DNA from: Candidatus Parcubacteria bacterium
GTDB lineage: Bacteria > Patescibacteriota > Microgenomatia > UBA12405
Reading direction: 5' to 3'
DNA: 64,000 nt
Assembly (NCBI GenBank): GCA_023396915.1
Contig: JAEWUV010000002.1
Coordinates: forward strand, 86,087-150,086
Shown: positions 36,919 to 46,996 of the stretch, in pieces
Numbering within the stretch: position 1 is the stretch's first letter
Layout: each line of letters begins with the position of its first letter
Made by a program: the position numbers and the translations under genes
Notes under the pieces: generated by a model
Seen by the model: the letters and a program-made list of their open reading frames with translations, nothing else
The model's database searches: none
What the model was told of the DNA's origin: nothing

Positions 36919-38096
36919 AGAAAAGAAAAGCTATTAAAGTAATTTATGTTTCAACATATATTCCACAGAAATGTGGTGTTGCTACTTTCACTAAAGATGT
37001 AACCAGTGCCATTAATTTAATTAATCCAAAGGCATTGGCTGAAATAATGGCAGTAGTGAAAAAAGATGAAAGCTATGATTTTCCTTGGGAAGTGAAATAT
37101 CAAATTGAAAAAGATAATAAAAAATCCTATATAAGAGCGGCTAGTTATATTAATAAATCCAGCTGCGATTTGGTTTTAATAGAACATGAGTTTGGGATTT
37201 TTGGGGGCGATTGTGGTAATTACTTACTTGATTTTTTGAAGGCAGTTAAAAAACCAAAAGTGATGACCTGCCATACTTTGATTGAAGATAAAAATTCATG
37301 TTGGGGAAAAACATTTTCAGAATTGATAAAAGAGGTTGATGGATTAACGGTGATGACTAAATATAGTGCCAGAAAATTAGCAAAATTATATAATTTTAAT
37401 TCCAAAAGAATAGCAATTATCCCTCATGGAACTCCGGATATAGAGTATGGGTTAAATACTAAACATAAAAAAAAGAAAGGGGTTTCAGAGAGATTAGTTT
37501 TGGGGAATATTAACCTGTTATCGGAAAATAAAGGGATTAATTATACAGTTGAAGCAGTGGCAGAGATTGCCAAAGTTTATCCTGATGTCCTATACCTTAT
37601 AATCGGTCAGACTCATCCTAACATTTTAAAAAAGGAAGGAGAAAAATATCGAGATGCACTTAAAAGAAAAATTAAAAAACTCGGAATACAAAAGAACGTA
37701 AAATTTATTAATAGATATGTATCTTTGGAAGAATTGATTGAATGGTTAAAGATAATTGATATTTATATAACTCCTTATTTGGATAAACAACAATCTTCGT
37801 CCGGAGCTTTGGCTTATGCTGTCGGTGCGGGTAAAATTTGTATTTCGACAGGTTATTTTTATGCCAAAGAGATATTAGCCAACGGAAGAGGAATAATTAT
37901 TCCTTTTAAAAATTCAAAGGCGATTGCTAATGAAGTGATAAAGGTTTGGAAAAACGAGAATAAAAGAAAAAAAATGCAAGAGAAGGCTTATGCCTATGGT
38001 AGATTTATGACTTGGCCGAGTGTGGCCTTGCAACATTTAGACTTTTTTACTGAGATTATAAAAAAATATGGAAGTAAAAAGTCAAAAACAGATTAA
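36915..38096 (+). CDS. GT4-family (GT-B) glycosyltransferase
   Basis: 393 aa. The C-terminal half carries the GT4 pattern (Glycos_transf_1-like) including the E...E region. Confidence 0.6.
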   Translation: MKKRKAIKVIYVSTYIPQKCGVATFTKDVTSAINLINPKALAEIMAVVKKDESYDFPWEVKYQIEKDNKKSYIRAASYINKSSCDLVLIEHEFGIFGGDCGNYLLDFLKAVKKPKVMTCHTLIEDKNSCWGKTFSELIKEVDGLTVMTKYSARKLAKLYNFNSKRIAIIPHGTPDIEYGLNTKHKKKKGVSERLVLGNINLLSENKGINYTVEAVAEIAKVYPDVLYLIIGQTHPNILKKEGEKYRDALKRKIKKLGIQKNVKFINRYVSLEELIEWLKIIDIYITPYLDKQQSSSGALAYAVGAGKICISTGYFYAKEILANGRGIIIPFKNSKAIANEVIKVWKNENKRKKMQEKAYAYGRFMTWPSVALQHLDFFTEIIKKYGSKKSKTD

Positions 38097-39072
38097 ATAT
38101 CTGTTAAAAATAACCGATAATATCGGTTTAGTTGAACACTGTGAAGGAGCTATTTTAAATTATAAAGAAGGTTGGTGCGTGGATGACAATGCCAGGGCTT
38201 TGCAGATTTGCTTAAGATATAAATTGAAAAAATTAGAAAAAGTTAAATCTATTTATTTTAAATTTGTTAAATCGGCCTGGAGAGAAGAAAAGTTATTTAA
38301 CGATTTGAACGCAGATTTAACTTGGCAGGAAAAATTTTTAATAAACGGAGAGCATTGTGGAAGGGTTTTGTTTGCATTGGGAGAATCAATAAAAAGCGGA
38401 TACAGGATAAGTGAGGCAAAAAAACTTTTTGATGATATTTATGAATTGGTCAAAATAAATAGGACTGATTTTTTACGAGTGGTATCAGAAATAATTTTAG
38501 GACTACAGTTTTACAAAAGTGAGGAAATTTCATTTTGGGCAGATAAATTAATAAGCCAATATAGAAAAGAAAGTAACGAAAATTGGCATTGGTTTGAAGA
38601 CAAAATTTCTTATGATAACGGTATTCCCCCATTAGCTTTGTTGACGGCTTATCAAAAAACAAATAATAAAAAATATTTAAAAATCGGATTAGAATCATTG
38701 AATTTTTTAACAAAACAAATTTTTGATGAAGAAAAAAAATATTTTTCTTTTGTGGGGAATAAAGGGTGGTTAACAAAATCCGGGGTAAAAGCAAAATTTG
38801 ATCAACAACCAATTGAGGTAGGGTCAATGGTTGAAGCTTACCTAATGGCTTATGAAATAACAGGTAAGAGAAAATATAAAATATTGGCAGAAAAAGCTTT
38901 TGAGTGGTTTTTGGGTAAAAATATATTATCTAAAAATATGATAGATAAAAAAAGTGGTGGTATTTATGACGGTTTAAATGAAGACGGAAAAATTAATCCA
39001 AATCAAGGGGCAGAGTCGGTTTTGTCATATTTGATAGCAGCAAAAGAGTTGGAAAAATTTTTTTTAAATTAA
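38068..39072 (+). CDS. Hypothetical protein, possibly an (alpha/alpha)6-barrel glycoside hydrolase-like protein
   Basis: Translationally coupled to the GT4 gene. The GWCVDDNARAL block is suggestive, but no family could be confirmed. Confidence 0.3.
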   Translation: MEVKSQKQIKYLLKITDNIGLVEHCEGAILNYKEGWCVDDNARALQICLRYKLKKLEKVKSIYFKFVKSAWREEKLFNDLNADLTWQEKFLINGEHCGRVLFALGESIKSGYRISEAKKLFDDIYELVKINRTDFLRVVSEIILGLQFYKSEEISFWADKLISQYRKESNENWHWFEDKISYDNGIPPLALLTAYQKTNNKKYLKIGLESLNFLTKQIFDEEKKYFSFVGNKGWLTKSGVKAKFDQQPIEVGSMVEAYLMAYEITGKRKYKILAEKAFEWFLGKNILSKNMIDKKSGGIYDGLNEDGKINPNQGAESVLSYLIAAKELEKFFLN

Positions 39073-39605
39073 GCCGTTATTTGTTGGTGGGTTTGGAAGT
39101 TCTCTTGAATTAAAGCAGGAAAAACATTAGCGACAAAATCTGGAGTTATTCTTTTTGAAAAACAAACTGAAATAACAGATTGACGGGCTAAATCTTGGTT
39201 AGAAATTTCAGGGTCTGATTTGTGAATTAATCCTCGAGCAATTTCTTGAGTTAAATCTATTAAATATTCCCTCCTGTCATATTTACTATCAGTTTCGTCT
39301 ATTAATGTTCCGATTTTCCCAGGATTAAATAAAATAACCCCTAATTTGGGTTGGTAAAAAGATCCAAGATTCGGATGTTCTTGAAAAAAAATAGGAGATT
39401 TATATAGGGGTAAACCGTGTGATTCGGCGACAAATCTAAGTTTGTGATAATAATCTAAAAGCTGCTGGTCATAACTGGTATAAGAATTTTCAAATAGTGA
39501 GTTTAAATCAGGTAAACCAAATTTATTCCTCAAATTCTCATGTTCAGAAATTAATTTCTGACAAGTGTCGACGATCTGATCTTGATTGGATGGGGTTTCT
39601 GGCAT
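39069..39605 (-). CDS. Hypothetical protein
   Basis: 178-aa ORF with no recognisable motif. Confidence 0.3.
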   Translation of the reverse strand: MPETPSNQDQIVDTCQKLISEHENLRNKFGLPDLNSLFENSYTSYDQQLLDYYHKLRFVAESHGLPLYKSPIFFQEHPNLGSFYQPKLGVILFNPGKIGTLIDETDSKYDRREYLIDLTQEIARGLIHKSDPEISNQDLARQSVISVCFSKRITPDFVANVFPALIQENFQTHQQITA

Positions 39606-39618
39606 GATTATTTATAAT

Positions 39619-40137
39619 CTATTCTGAATTTAAAATAAAGCCGTGGGATTGGCCGAATTGAACAAAACCGTCAATATTTAATTTATTTTTTGAGAGAGTA
39701 CAGTCAATAAAATTAATCCCGTAAATTTGAGAATTAGTGAAATCGGAATTAGCAATGGAACATTTATTGAAAGAACTTTTGGTTAAATCGGAATTTAAAA
39801 AGGAAACTTGTTCAAGTAAACAAAAATCAAAAAGAGATTCGGTTAAATTGCAATTTTCAAAAATACTTTTAGATAAATTAAATTTTTTCTTTTGCCCCGG
39901 ATTTTTAAATTGATGGAAAGTAGTTAGATTCATTAGAGTATTGATGAATTTAGATTGTTTTAGATTAATATTAGAAAAATCAGTGCCGCTAAAACAACAA
40001 CCGTCAAAAACGCAGTTATCGAAAGAAGTAAAATCAAAGACTGCCTGGCTAAAATTACAACCGGAAAAATGACATTTGGTAAAAGAAGAAAATTTTAAAT
40101 TTTTGCCTGAAAAATCTTGTCCGGAATAGCTAGTCAT
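39619..40137 (-). CDS. Pentapeptide-repeat protein
   Basis: Tandem A(D/N)LxF-like pentapeptides: CHFSGCNFSQAVFDFTSFDNCVFDGCCFSGTDFSNINL. Confidence 0.7.
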   Translation of the reverse strand: MTSYSGQDFSGKNLKFSSFTKCHFSGCNFSQAVFDFTSFDNCVFDGCCFSGTDFSNINLKQSKFINTLMNLTTFHQFKNPGQKKKFNLSKSIFENCNLTESLFDFCLLEQVSFLNSDLTKSSFNKCSIANSDFTNSQIYGINFIDCTLSKNKLNIDGFVQFGQSHGFILNSE

Positions 40138-40143
40138 AATTTA

Positions 40144-41031
40144 TTACGCCATTACTAAAAACCCAATACTGATTATGGACAAGATAATACCAAGTAGTAA
40201 ACGCAGCCAATGTTTATGCCAATTGATTTCCTTAAAAATGAAAACCCCAATTAAAATAGTCCAAACGGCATTAAATTGAATGACAGTGAAAGCAATTGAT
40301 GCCGGAATTAAATGATTAGAAATAATTGAGGTTAGCGATGCAAAAAAATAAAGTAAACCACCTAGCACCCCCAGCCAATTGTCTTTCTTTTTAATCTGAG
40401 TCAATTCTTTTAAGGAGTGATCTTTGAATAAAATAAATATTAATGCTGAAATAAAAACAAAAGATGAAAAATAAAGTTGTTGTGCCTGGGTTCCGAGACC
40501 ATCGTTAATGGCTATTTTTTGTAACATAGCATTGACGCCAAACAAACAAGCCCCAGTGACAGCTAGCCAAATACTTTTTTTATCAATTTGATTTTCCTCA
40601 GATTTTTTAATGGTAAAAAGATAAGCGGAAAAAGTTATAGTGATAACTGCTGCAACTACAAATTCGACTTTTGTTTGTGCCCATTCTCCGAGAACTATTA
40701 AAGATAAAAGAGCTCCAATTGGTCCTTGAAGATTTTTCCATTGGTTCGATCTGGATAAACCAATTCGATCAATGGCTGTGACAAAAAGAACCCCTCCAAT
40801 CATCCAATTTATTCCATTAATAATGGGATAAATAATAGCTGGATGAAATAAATTATCGAAATTACCAGAAATTAGACCATTAATAATATATGAAATTAGT
40901 GATGCGATAGTAAAACCAAGACCAACGAATAACATATAGTTTGATGGTTTGGCTTTTGAGAGTTTCTTAGGGATGATGTATAAACTGAAGAAGACGGAAC
41001 ATAATAAGGCAATAAGGATACCGGTACTCAT
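40144..41031 (-). CDS. Ten-TM permease (DMT/EamA-like superfamily, tentative)
   Basis: 295 aa with about 10 hydrophobic helices arranged as two 5-TM halves. Confidence 0.3.
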   Translation of the reverse strand: MSTGILIALLCSVFFSLYIIPKKLSKAKPSNYMLFVGLGFTIASLISYIINGLISGNFDNLFHPAIIYPIINGINWMIGGVLFVTAIDRIGLSRSNQWKNLQGPIGALLSLIVLGEWAQTKVEFVVAAVITITFSAYLFTIKKSEENQIDKKSIWLAVTGACLFGVNAMLQKIAINDGLGTQAQQLYFSSFVFISALIFILFKDHSLKELTQIKKKDNWLGVLGGLLYFFASLTSIISNHLIPASIAFTVIQFNAVWTILIGVFIFKEINWHKHWLRLLLGIILSIISIGFLVMA

Positions 41032-41056
41032 GCCTGTATTATATCAGTCTGTTGTA

Positions 41057-41506
41057 CTATATCTCACCGATGGAAATATCAAGAATAGTGACAGATTGAT
41101 CATTAACTGAAACTTGAGAATTTTTCTTTTGATTTAATATGGCTTGACCAATAGGGCTTTCAATGGATATCCAACCAGGGTTTAGATTAGAATCGTTTTT
41201 ACCAACTAAAGTAATTTCCATTTCCCGACCATCAGATTCAAACTTTATTTTGACACGACTTCCAAAAACAACCGTGTCTGTTTGAGTTGGGGCAAATTGG
41301 ACCTGAGAAGTTTCTAAATCTTTTTTGATTTCAGCAATTTGAGAGGAAAGAACCTGGGCTCGTTCGCCAAGGAAAATATAAGCAGAGTTTTCTTTTAAAT
41401 CCCCTTCTTCGGCGGCTTTGCCACGGTCTTCGAGGGTACGACTATATTCCGCATTAAGTGCTTGAAATTTTTCTTCTAATTTTTGTTTACCTAGTTTTGT
41501 AATCAT
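41057..41506 (-). CDS. greA: Transcription elongation factor GreA
   Basis: 149 aa. An N-terminal coiled coil containing GDLKENSAY precedes a C-terminal FKBP-like domain. Confidence 0.8.
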   Translation of the reverse strand: MITKLGKQKLEEKFQALNAEYSRTLEDRGKAAEEGDLKENSAYIFLGERAQVLSSQIAEIKKDLETSQVQFAPTQTDTVVFGSRVKIKFESDGREMEITLVGKNDSNLNPGWISIESPIGQAILNQKKNSQVSVNDQSVTILDISIGEI

Positions 41507-41539
41507 GAAGCTTTTATCTTATCAAATTAAAATATATTA

Positions 41540-42064
41540 TCAATACAAATCAGGATTTTTGAAAGGAATTAGGGCCATAACAACTGCTTGTTCGTAATAG
41601 GAAGTGCGAGTAACGACATCGTCTGTAAGAATGCCAACAGCACCATTTGATTGTTTAGAATTTTTACGATTAAAAACAATATCGTCGGCTTCACCTAATT
41701 CTTTCCCTTGATTAACTAAGTCAATAATTTTTTTTGGCAGATAGAAAGAAGCGGTACGGCTTTTACTTAGTTTATGTTTTGATTTGATCACCACCCAAGC
41801 AAAAGTTTCCATTTCTTTGCCGATTTTTTTTGAGCCACCTTCAATACCAACATAATAATCGGCGTTGGTAATTTTGCTTAAATTCATCACTCTGTTTTTG
41901 GCACCAGCTAGGGTTTCTTTCTCACCTAATGGCTGTATAGGAACATCGGAAGGAACAGAAAACCCTTGAAACTTAAATGATTGGTTTGGAAAAATTTTAG
42001 TAAAAGCCAGCTTAGTTGATTCGATTTTTACCGGATTTTTGGAGGCAACAGCAACAATTAACAT
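41540..42064 (-). CDS. Inosine/xanthosine triphosphatase (YjjX/NTPase_I-T family)
   Basis: VASKNPVKIESTKLAF...PIQPLGEKETLAGAKNRV...VGIEGG aligns with E. coli YjjX. Confidence 0.7.
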   Translation of the reverse strand: MLIVAVASKNPVKIESTKLAFTKIFPNQSFKFQGFSVPSDVPIQPLGEKETLAGAKNRVMNLSKITNADYYVGIEGGSKKIGKEMETFAWVVIKSKHKLSKSRTASFYLPKKIIDLVNQGKELGEADDIVFNRKNSKQSNGAVGILTDDVVTRTSYYEQAVVMALIPFKNPDLY

Positions 42065-42822
42065 TAATCAATTTGGTAACTAAGATTAACGGTAATTTTT
42101 ACTTCTTCACTACCGGTTTGAATGTTAGTGGAAGCGGATTGTTCCATAGTTCCAGCACCTTTTAGGTCATAAGCAACTGGACGGACAAAATTACTGTCAT
42201 TTGAACTTTCATAATAGCCAATAATTCGGCCTAATTTAAATCCAGCGGCTTTGGCAGCTGTTTCGGCCTTTTTAGTAGCTTGGGCGATAGCGTCCTCTCT
42301 GGCACTTTCTTCGGCGGCATCACGGTTATCAACATCAAGAGTAATATCACTAACTTGGTTAGCCCCGTTGCTGGTAGCCGAGTCAATAACATCATTAATT
42401 TTGTCGAGGTCAGTAATTTTGACTTTTAGTTGAGTACTGGCAGAATAACCGGAGATTTTTTGGGTGCCACCGGACCAGTCATAATTTGGATTAATGTAAT
42501 AGTTGGTAGTTTGAACGTCTTTTGAATCAACATTAAGGGTTTTAAGACCGGCAATAATTTTGTTCATCACTTCATTCATTTGAGACTGAGCTTGCTTGAC
42601 AGTTGAGGCGTTTTTTTGGATACCGACGTTGACATAGGCAATGTCGGGCTTGATAGAAACTGTACCTTCACCAGTAACGGTGAAAATGTCTGATTTGTTG
42701 GTAACGGTACTGTTGACGGAAAAAGGTAACGGGTTGCCGAATTTAGAATAGACCGAAGCAACTAAGAAGAAAAAAATGATAACTAAAAAAGCCGGGGTTA
42801 TTTTTTTTGATAAATCTTTCAT
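42064..42822 (-). CDS. SIMPL (DUF541) domain periplasmic protein
   Basis: Signal anchor followed by TVTGEGTVSIKPDIAYVNVGI...AQSQMNEVMNKII, the SIMPL pattern. Confidence 0.7.
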   Translation of the reverse strand: MKDLSKKITPAFLVIIFFFLVASVYSKFGNPLPFSVNSTVTNKSDIFTVTGEGTVSIKPDIAYVNVGIQKNASTVKQAQSQMNEVMNKIIAGLKTLNVDSKDVQTTNYYINPNYDWSGGTQKISGYSASTQLKVKITDLDKINDVIDSATSNGANQVSDITLDVDNRDAAEESAREDAIAQATKKAETAAKAAGFKLGRIIGYYESSNDSNFVRPVAYDLKGAGTMEQSASTNIQTGSEEVKITVNLSYQID

Positions 42823-42841
42823 AAATTAATTATACATAAAA

Positions 42842-44032
42842 TCAGTCTTCTAATGATTCTTGAGTTATGGGAGAAAAAAGAAAAACACTTAGAGGTAAAA
42901 GGCTGACAAGTAATAATGCTAAAGATAATGATCTGTCGGCAGTAAATCCAATAATCGGGTTAAGTAAAACTAGCGAAAAACGTCTAAACATGGAAATTGA
43001 TGAAAGGATGGTGGCGCGACGATTTGAAGGAATGAATTTATTCATATAGGCGGACATTAAATCTATTCTGGTAAGACCAAAGCCCCCGGAAAAAATTAAA
43101 AAGAGAATAATGGTTAATAAACTAGGATGGATGGCAACTAAAAGAAAGAAAAGGGCAACGATTATAGCAGTAAACTTAAGGTAATTTTTGGTTGAGCCAA
43201 ATAATTTTTCCAGCCGATGAAAGTTGGCTGAAATTAAAATCTCTGAACCAACAAGTAGGGCATGAAAGAGACCAAAATAAGCTATTGGCGTATTGATACT
43301 AGTAAATAAAGGTTGATAAAGCCAAATAACAAAGTAGCCAGCAGAAGTAACTAAAATGGCATCGATGGTTAAAAGTTTTAAAACACGATGATTTTTGAAA
43401 TATTTAAAACCTTCCTTGACTATCAATAGATAACGCTTTGATTCTGAGGTTGATTCTTGAACCTTGGTTTCACGGAAACTAAAAGCAACAATAGTGGCGA
43501 CCAGAAAAGCTATGGCACTTAGATACATTGGGGCATTAAGACTAATTTTACTGGCGACTATAGAACCTAATGGGGCAGAAACAAATAAACCAAAAAGATT
43601 AAAAGCATTAGCTCGGCCGGTAATTTTTTTAATTTCATCTTCCCTACCTAATTCTTTTAGAGAATCAAAAAGAAGGGCGTTGTCGGCTCCAGACATTAGA
43701 GCCAAAGAGGTTGCCAAAATAAATTCCCCAACAAGGAAAACATAAAAATTAGGAATTGATCCATAAATAAGATAACCAATACCCCCAATTATGGCTCCCA
43801 AAATAAGAGAAATTCGACGACCAAAAAAATCAGCAATAGCACCAGTAGGAACTTCTAAAAGGAAGATCCAAAGCATAAACCATGATTGAAGTAATTGGAC
43901 TTGAGTAAGTGAGATATTCCCCCATTGAGTAAAAAATGGAACTAAAACAGCCGAAATTAAAGTAAAGTCACGAAAAAATGAAAAAAGGTAATATTTATTG
44001 ATGTTACCAGCAACACTGGATGACTTGCGCAT
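42842..44032 (-). CDS. MFS transporter
   Basis: 12 transmembrane helices. The GAIADFFGRR motif lies in loop 2-3. Confidence 0.7.
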   Translation of the reverse strand: MRKSSSVAGNINKYYLFSFFRDFTLISAVLVPFFTQWGNISLTQVQLLQSWFMLWIFLLEVPTGAIADFFGRRISLILGAIIGGIGYLIYGSIPNFYVFLVGEFILATSLALMSGADNALLFDSLKELGREDEIKKITGRANAFNLFGLFVSAPLGSIVASKISLNAPMYLSAIAFLVATIVAFSFRETKVQESTSESKRYLLIVKEGFKYFKNHRVLKLLTIDAILVTSAGYFVIWLYQPLFTSINTPIAYFGLFHALLVGSEILISANFHRLEKLFGSTKNYLKFTAIIVALFFLLVAIHPSLLTIILFLIFSGGFGLTRIDLMSAYMNKFIPSNRRATILSSISMFRRFSLVLLNPIIGFTADRSLSLALLLVSLLPLSVFLFSPITQESLED

Positions 44033-44246
44033 AATAAATTATACTCGCTTTTACTAAACTAGTGGATTTTACCGGAACGGAAACTGAGCCAGAAAATAAG
44101 CCAACTAAAAAGGATATTTATAACAATGATAGTAAGAACGGGTAAATTTTTGTCGATGAAACACATAATAGTGCTACCAATCCAAACACAGGCGATGACA
44201 GCAGAAGCATAAGGATATTTTAAAAACAAAACCCAAGATGATTCTT

Positions 44247-45722
44247 TCATACTGAAAACTCCCATTTTTGCATAACTCGATTATAAAGCCCGGGGTCGGA
44301 ATAACGCAAACGGTCGAACCAACAAGCTAGAGCATGAAAACTCTCGTCGATAGTTTCGTTATCATAATCGGCAGATGCCTGAGAGGTTTGACTAATATTA
44401 ACTTGATTTAAAGCACGTTCCCAAGAGCGACGAAGAAGTTGCATATCTAAATTTAAAAGACGAGTAATTTTCATAAAAACCTGAGTTCCACGAATAAACC
44501 CTGGAGCTTCGAAAGAAACTTTAAGAGCTAAACGATTATCTTTATTAACTACCTGGTTAAAAATTTTTAACATATTAAAATCGTCCATCATGGAGATGAC
44601 ACTGGGATCGGTCTGTTGTTGTTTAATGGTTTGGGCAGCGCTATTACCAATTTCTTCAAGTATTTTAGTAACCGTATCTTGTTTACCTAAAAACGAACTA
44701 ACGGTTTGAATTGATTTGGTTAGATATGGAGCATAATAAGAAACCATAGCTTTACAAATTTTTTCCGGATAAAAATCTCCTTTATAGACATTAATGTATT
44801 GGGAAACTAATTGAACTAACTCCGATTGGTGTTTTGAGACTAAAGAATTAATACCAAAATCAATTAGAGCAACTCGATTGTTAGGTAAAAGGTAGATATT
44901 ACCCGGATGTGGGTCACCGTGACTGCCACCATTTTGGAGACTACCAACAAGCATTTCAGTAGCTAATTCTTCCATCACGAGCTCGAGACTGGTATTTAAT
45001 TCAGCTAAAACATAATCTGATTTGTTTTGTGCGTCTACAGAAAAGATTTTGGTTAGTGGGATACCATTTATTTTTTCTTGAACAATCAAATGTTTGGTAC
45101 AAAAATTCTCGTATGTTTTGGGAATATAAATAATTGGGTGATTAACCATTTTTTTGTAAAAAGTTAAGGCATTTTTGACTTCGTGTGAATAGTCTGTTTC
45201 TTCTAATGTTAATTTTTTGAAATCGTTAAAAACGGAAATAAAATCAATTATCTGATTGGCGGTCGGGAGAGAAACTAATTTGACTACCCAACTAAGAAGA
45301 GTGAGATCAAAACGAAGATAACGAACAACACTAGGACGAAGAACTTTGAGAACTACTGGTTGATTATCTAAAGTGGCCGAATAAACCTGGGCAAAAGATC
45401 CAGAGGCAAAAGGTGAACTTGAGTCAAGTTTAATTTGTTCTGATTTAGAACCAAGTTCTTGGTTTAAAAAATTATTAATATTAAGACTTTCAAAAGCACT
45501 GTGATCATAGACAGAAAGAATTTCTTCTAATTTTTTTTGGTCTTCAACTTTAAAATTATCTTGATTTAAAACTAAAAGTTGAAGAAATTTTATATAAATT
45601 CCACCTAAGTGATTAAAACGTTTAAAAAGCCATTTTGAGGCTTTGTTTTTGTTGAAAATAAAAAGGATTGAATAAACTAAGATTGTGTCAAAAAGATATA
45701 AAGATCTAGTAAATTTAGACAT
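44247..45722 (-). CDS. ABC1/UbiB-family atypical protein kinase
   Basis: HGDPHPGNIYLL...ALIDFGI catalytic and DFG-like region. Lys-containing VLKVLRP. Confidence 0.65.
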   Translation of the reverse strand: MSKFTRSLYLFDTILVYSILFIFNKNKASKWLFKRFNHLGGIYIKFLQLLVLNQDNFKVEDQKKLEEILSVYDHSAFESLNINNFLNQELGSKSEQIKLDSSSPFASGSFAQVYSATLDNQPVVLKVLRPSVVRYLRFDLTLLSWVVKLVSLPTANQIIDFISVFNDFKKLTLEETDYSHEVKNALTFYKKMVNHPIIYIPKTYENFCTKHLIVQEKINGIPLTKIFSVDAQNKSDYVLAELNTSLELVMEELATEMLVGSLQNGGSHGDPHPGNIYLLPNNRVALIDFGINSLVSKHQSELVQLVSQYINVYKGDFYPEKICKAMVSYYAPYLTKSIQTVSSFLGKQDTVTKILEEIGNSAAQTIKQQQTDPSVISMMDDFNMLKIFNQVVNKDNRLALKVSFEAPGFIRGTQVFMKITRLLNLDMQLLRRSWERALNQVNISQTSQASADYDNETIDESFHALACWFDRLRYSDPGLYNRVMQKWEFSV

Positions 45723-45929
45723 TAATTATTTTTAAAACCGATGAGGTAAAGAACAAAAGTGTTAACTACAGCCAAAATATAAAGAAGAAAGTGTTGGTCT
45801 ACATTGACCAACGGCATAACGATAATAATAACCATCCAAATGAGCAGTATAGCCAAAACAGTAAAAAGGTATCTCACAACCTGAGTATAACTTAAATGTG
45901 GTTAATTTTAAAGAAAACGAACAGGGTAT

Positions 45930-46322
45930 TTATTCTATACCGTAGCGCCAGAAAATGGCGGTGAGATTAGTTCCTCCGCTAACTAAATTAATGGCTTTTT
46001 TTAGTTCGTATTGACTAATAGTTTCATTAAGAGGTTCACGATCTGGGATATTACCGGTATAAAAACTTTTTAAAACAGAAAGACTGTCGGGGTTACCTAG
46101 CTGGCCTAAGGCCCAAATAGCTGAGTTTCTGGATGAAAAACTACGAGTTTCATCTTGAAGAAGTTTAGCGAGAGCCTGGTTACAAGTACCGCCATAATCA
46201 AGTTTGGCTTGACGACATTTATCTTTGACATCGTAACCAATCCAAGTACAAGTAATAACAAAAAATAAAGCAAATAAACTAAATCCGATAGTTAATCCAT
46301 ATAAAAATATTTTTTTAATCAT
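45930..46322 (-). CDS. Signal-anchored protein with a HEAT/PBS-lyase-like repeat
   Basis: N-terminal TM helix. The AIWALGQLGNPDSLSVLKSF pattern resembles a HEAT-type repeat. Confidence 0.3.
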   Translation of the reverse strand: MIKKIFLYGLTIGFSLFALFFVITCTWIGYDVKDKCRQAKLDYGGTCNQALAKLLQDETRSFSSRNSAIWALGQLGNPDSLSVLKSFYTGNIPDREPLNETISQYELKKAINLVSGGTNLTAIFWRYGIE

Positions 46323-46333
46323 TTTAGTTTTAA

Positions 46334-46522
46334 TTAATAAATAAAGATGTCTTCGATTTTTGTTTTAAAAAGTCTGGCAATTTTAAAAGCCAGGGTGATT
46401 GAAGGTAAATATTTACCACTTTCAATAGCGTTAATTGTTTGACGACTAACGTCAAGTTTGTTGGCAAGATTTTCTTGGGTCAGGGAATGCTTGATGCGAT
46501 AAGCTTTTAAATTATTTTTCAT
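46334..46522 (-). CDS. XRE-family helix-turn-helix transcriptional regulator
   Basis: 62 aa. LTQENLANKLDVSRQTINAIESGK matches the HTH_XRE consensus. Confidence 0.75.
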   Translation of the reverse strand: MKNNLKAYRIKHSLTQENLANKLDVSRQTINAIESGKYLPSITLAFKIARLFKTKIEDIFIY

Positions 46523-46928
46523 TATTGCCCCCAGATTTTCGATTAAAAAAGAAATAAGCCAAGCTGTATAAAATAACTAAAGAAATTGAAAGATAGGCAA
46601 AAATTGTTCCAATTGATTCGACATATAAAAACTCACCTTTGCTAAAAACAGACCATCTTGTAGAAAGAGGAAGAAGCATAACAAAAGAACCAATGGATAA
46701 GGTAGACACAAGAATGGTAAAAGTAAAATCAACAGCCTGACGACGAACAGCCACTTGACGCTCGTCAGAAAGACTCTGATTGGAATGAAGTAGGGCCATA
46801 AAAAGAATAGCGGTTAAGACACTAATGACGGACAAAAAATAAATTTTTAAAAACAAGGACAAAGAAAAAATAATAAAAAGGAAAATCAAAGTCCCCTTTT
46901 TTAGTTGATGATATTTTTTTATGGTCAT
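46512..46928 (-). CDS. Small multi-TM membrane protein co-transcribed with the XRE regulator
   Basis: 138 aa with 3-4 transmembrane helices. Overlaps the regulator start. Confidence 0.4.
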   Translation of the reverse strand: MTIKKYHQLKKGTLIFLFIIFSLSLFLKIYFLSVISVLTAILFMALLHSNQSLSDERQVAVRRQAVDFTFTILVSTLSIGSFVMLLPLSTRWSVFSKGEFLYVESIGTIFAYLSISLVILYSLAYFFFNRKSGGNNEK

Positions 46929-46936
46929 AAGAGAAG

Positions 46937-46954
46937 TGTAAAGTAGACTTTACA
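46937..46954. promoter_or_regulatory. Candidate operator: inverted repeat TGTAAAGT-ag-ACTTTACA, with an extra GACTTTACA half-site at 46967-46975
   Basis: Perfect 8-bp inverted repeat 9 nt upstream of the XRE operon start (46928), in the divergent pyrF/XRE promoter region. Confidence 0.4.
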
Positions 46955-46996
46955 ATATGTCAAGTTGACTTTACAAAAATTAATTTTATTAGTTGC

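Noticed and set aside
45726-45836. 37-aa hydrophobic mini-ORF and a GTTGGTC/GACCAAC hairpin downstream of 45930..46322
   Set aside because: The hairpin lies inside the putative mini-ORF, so the two interpretations (terminator versus small membrane peptide) conflict. Neither is strong enough to call.
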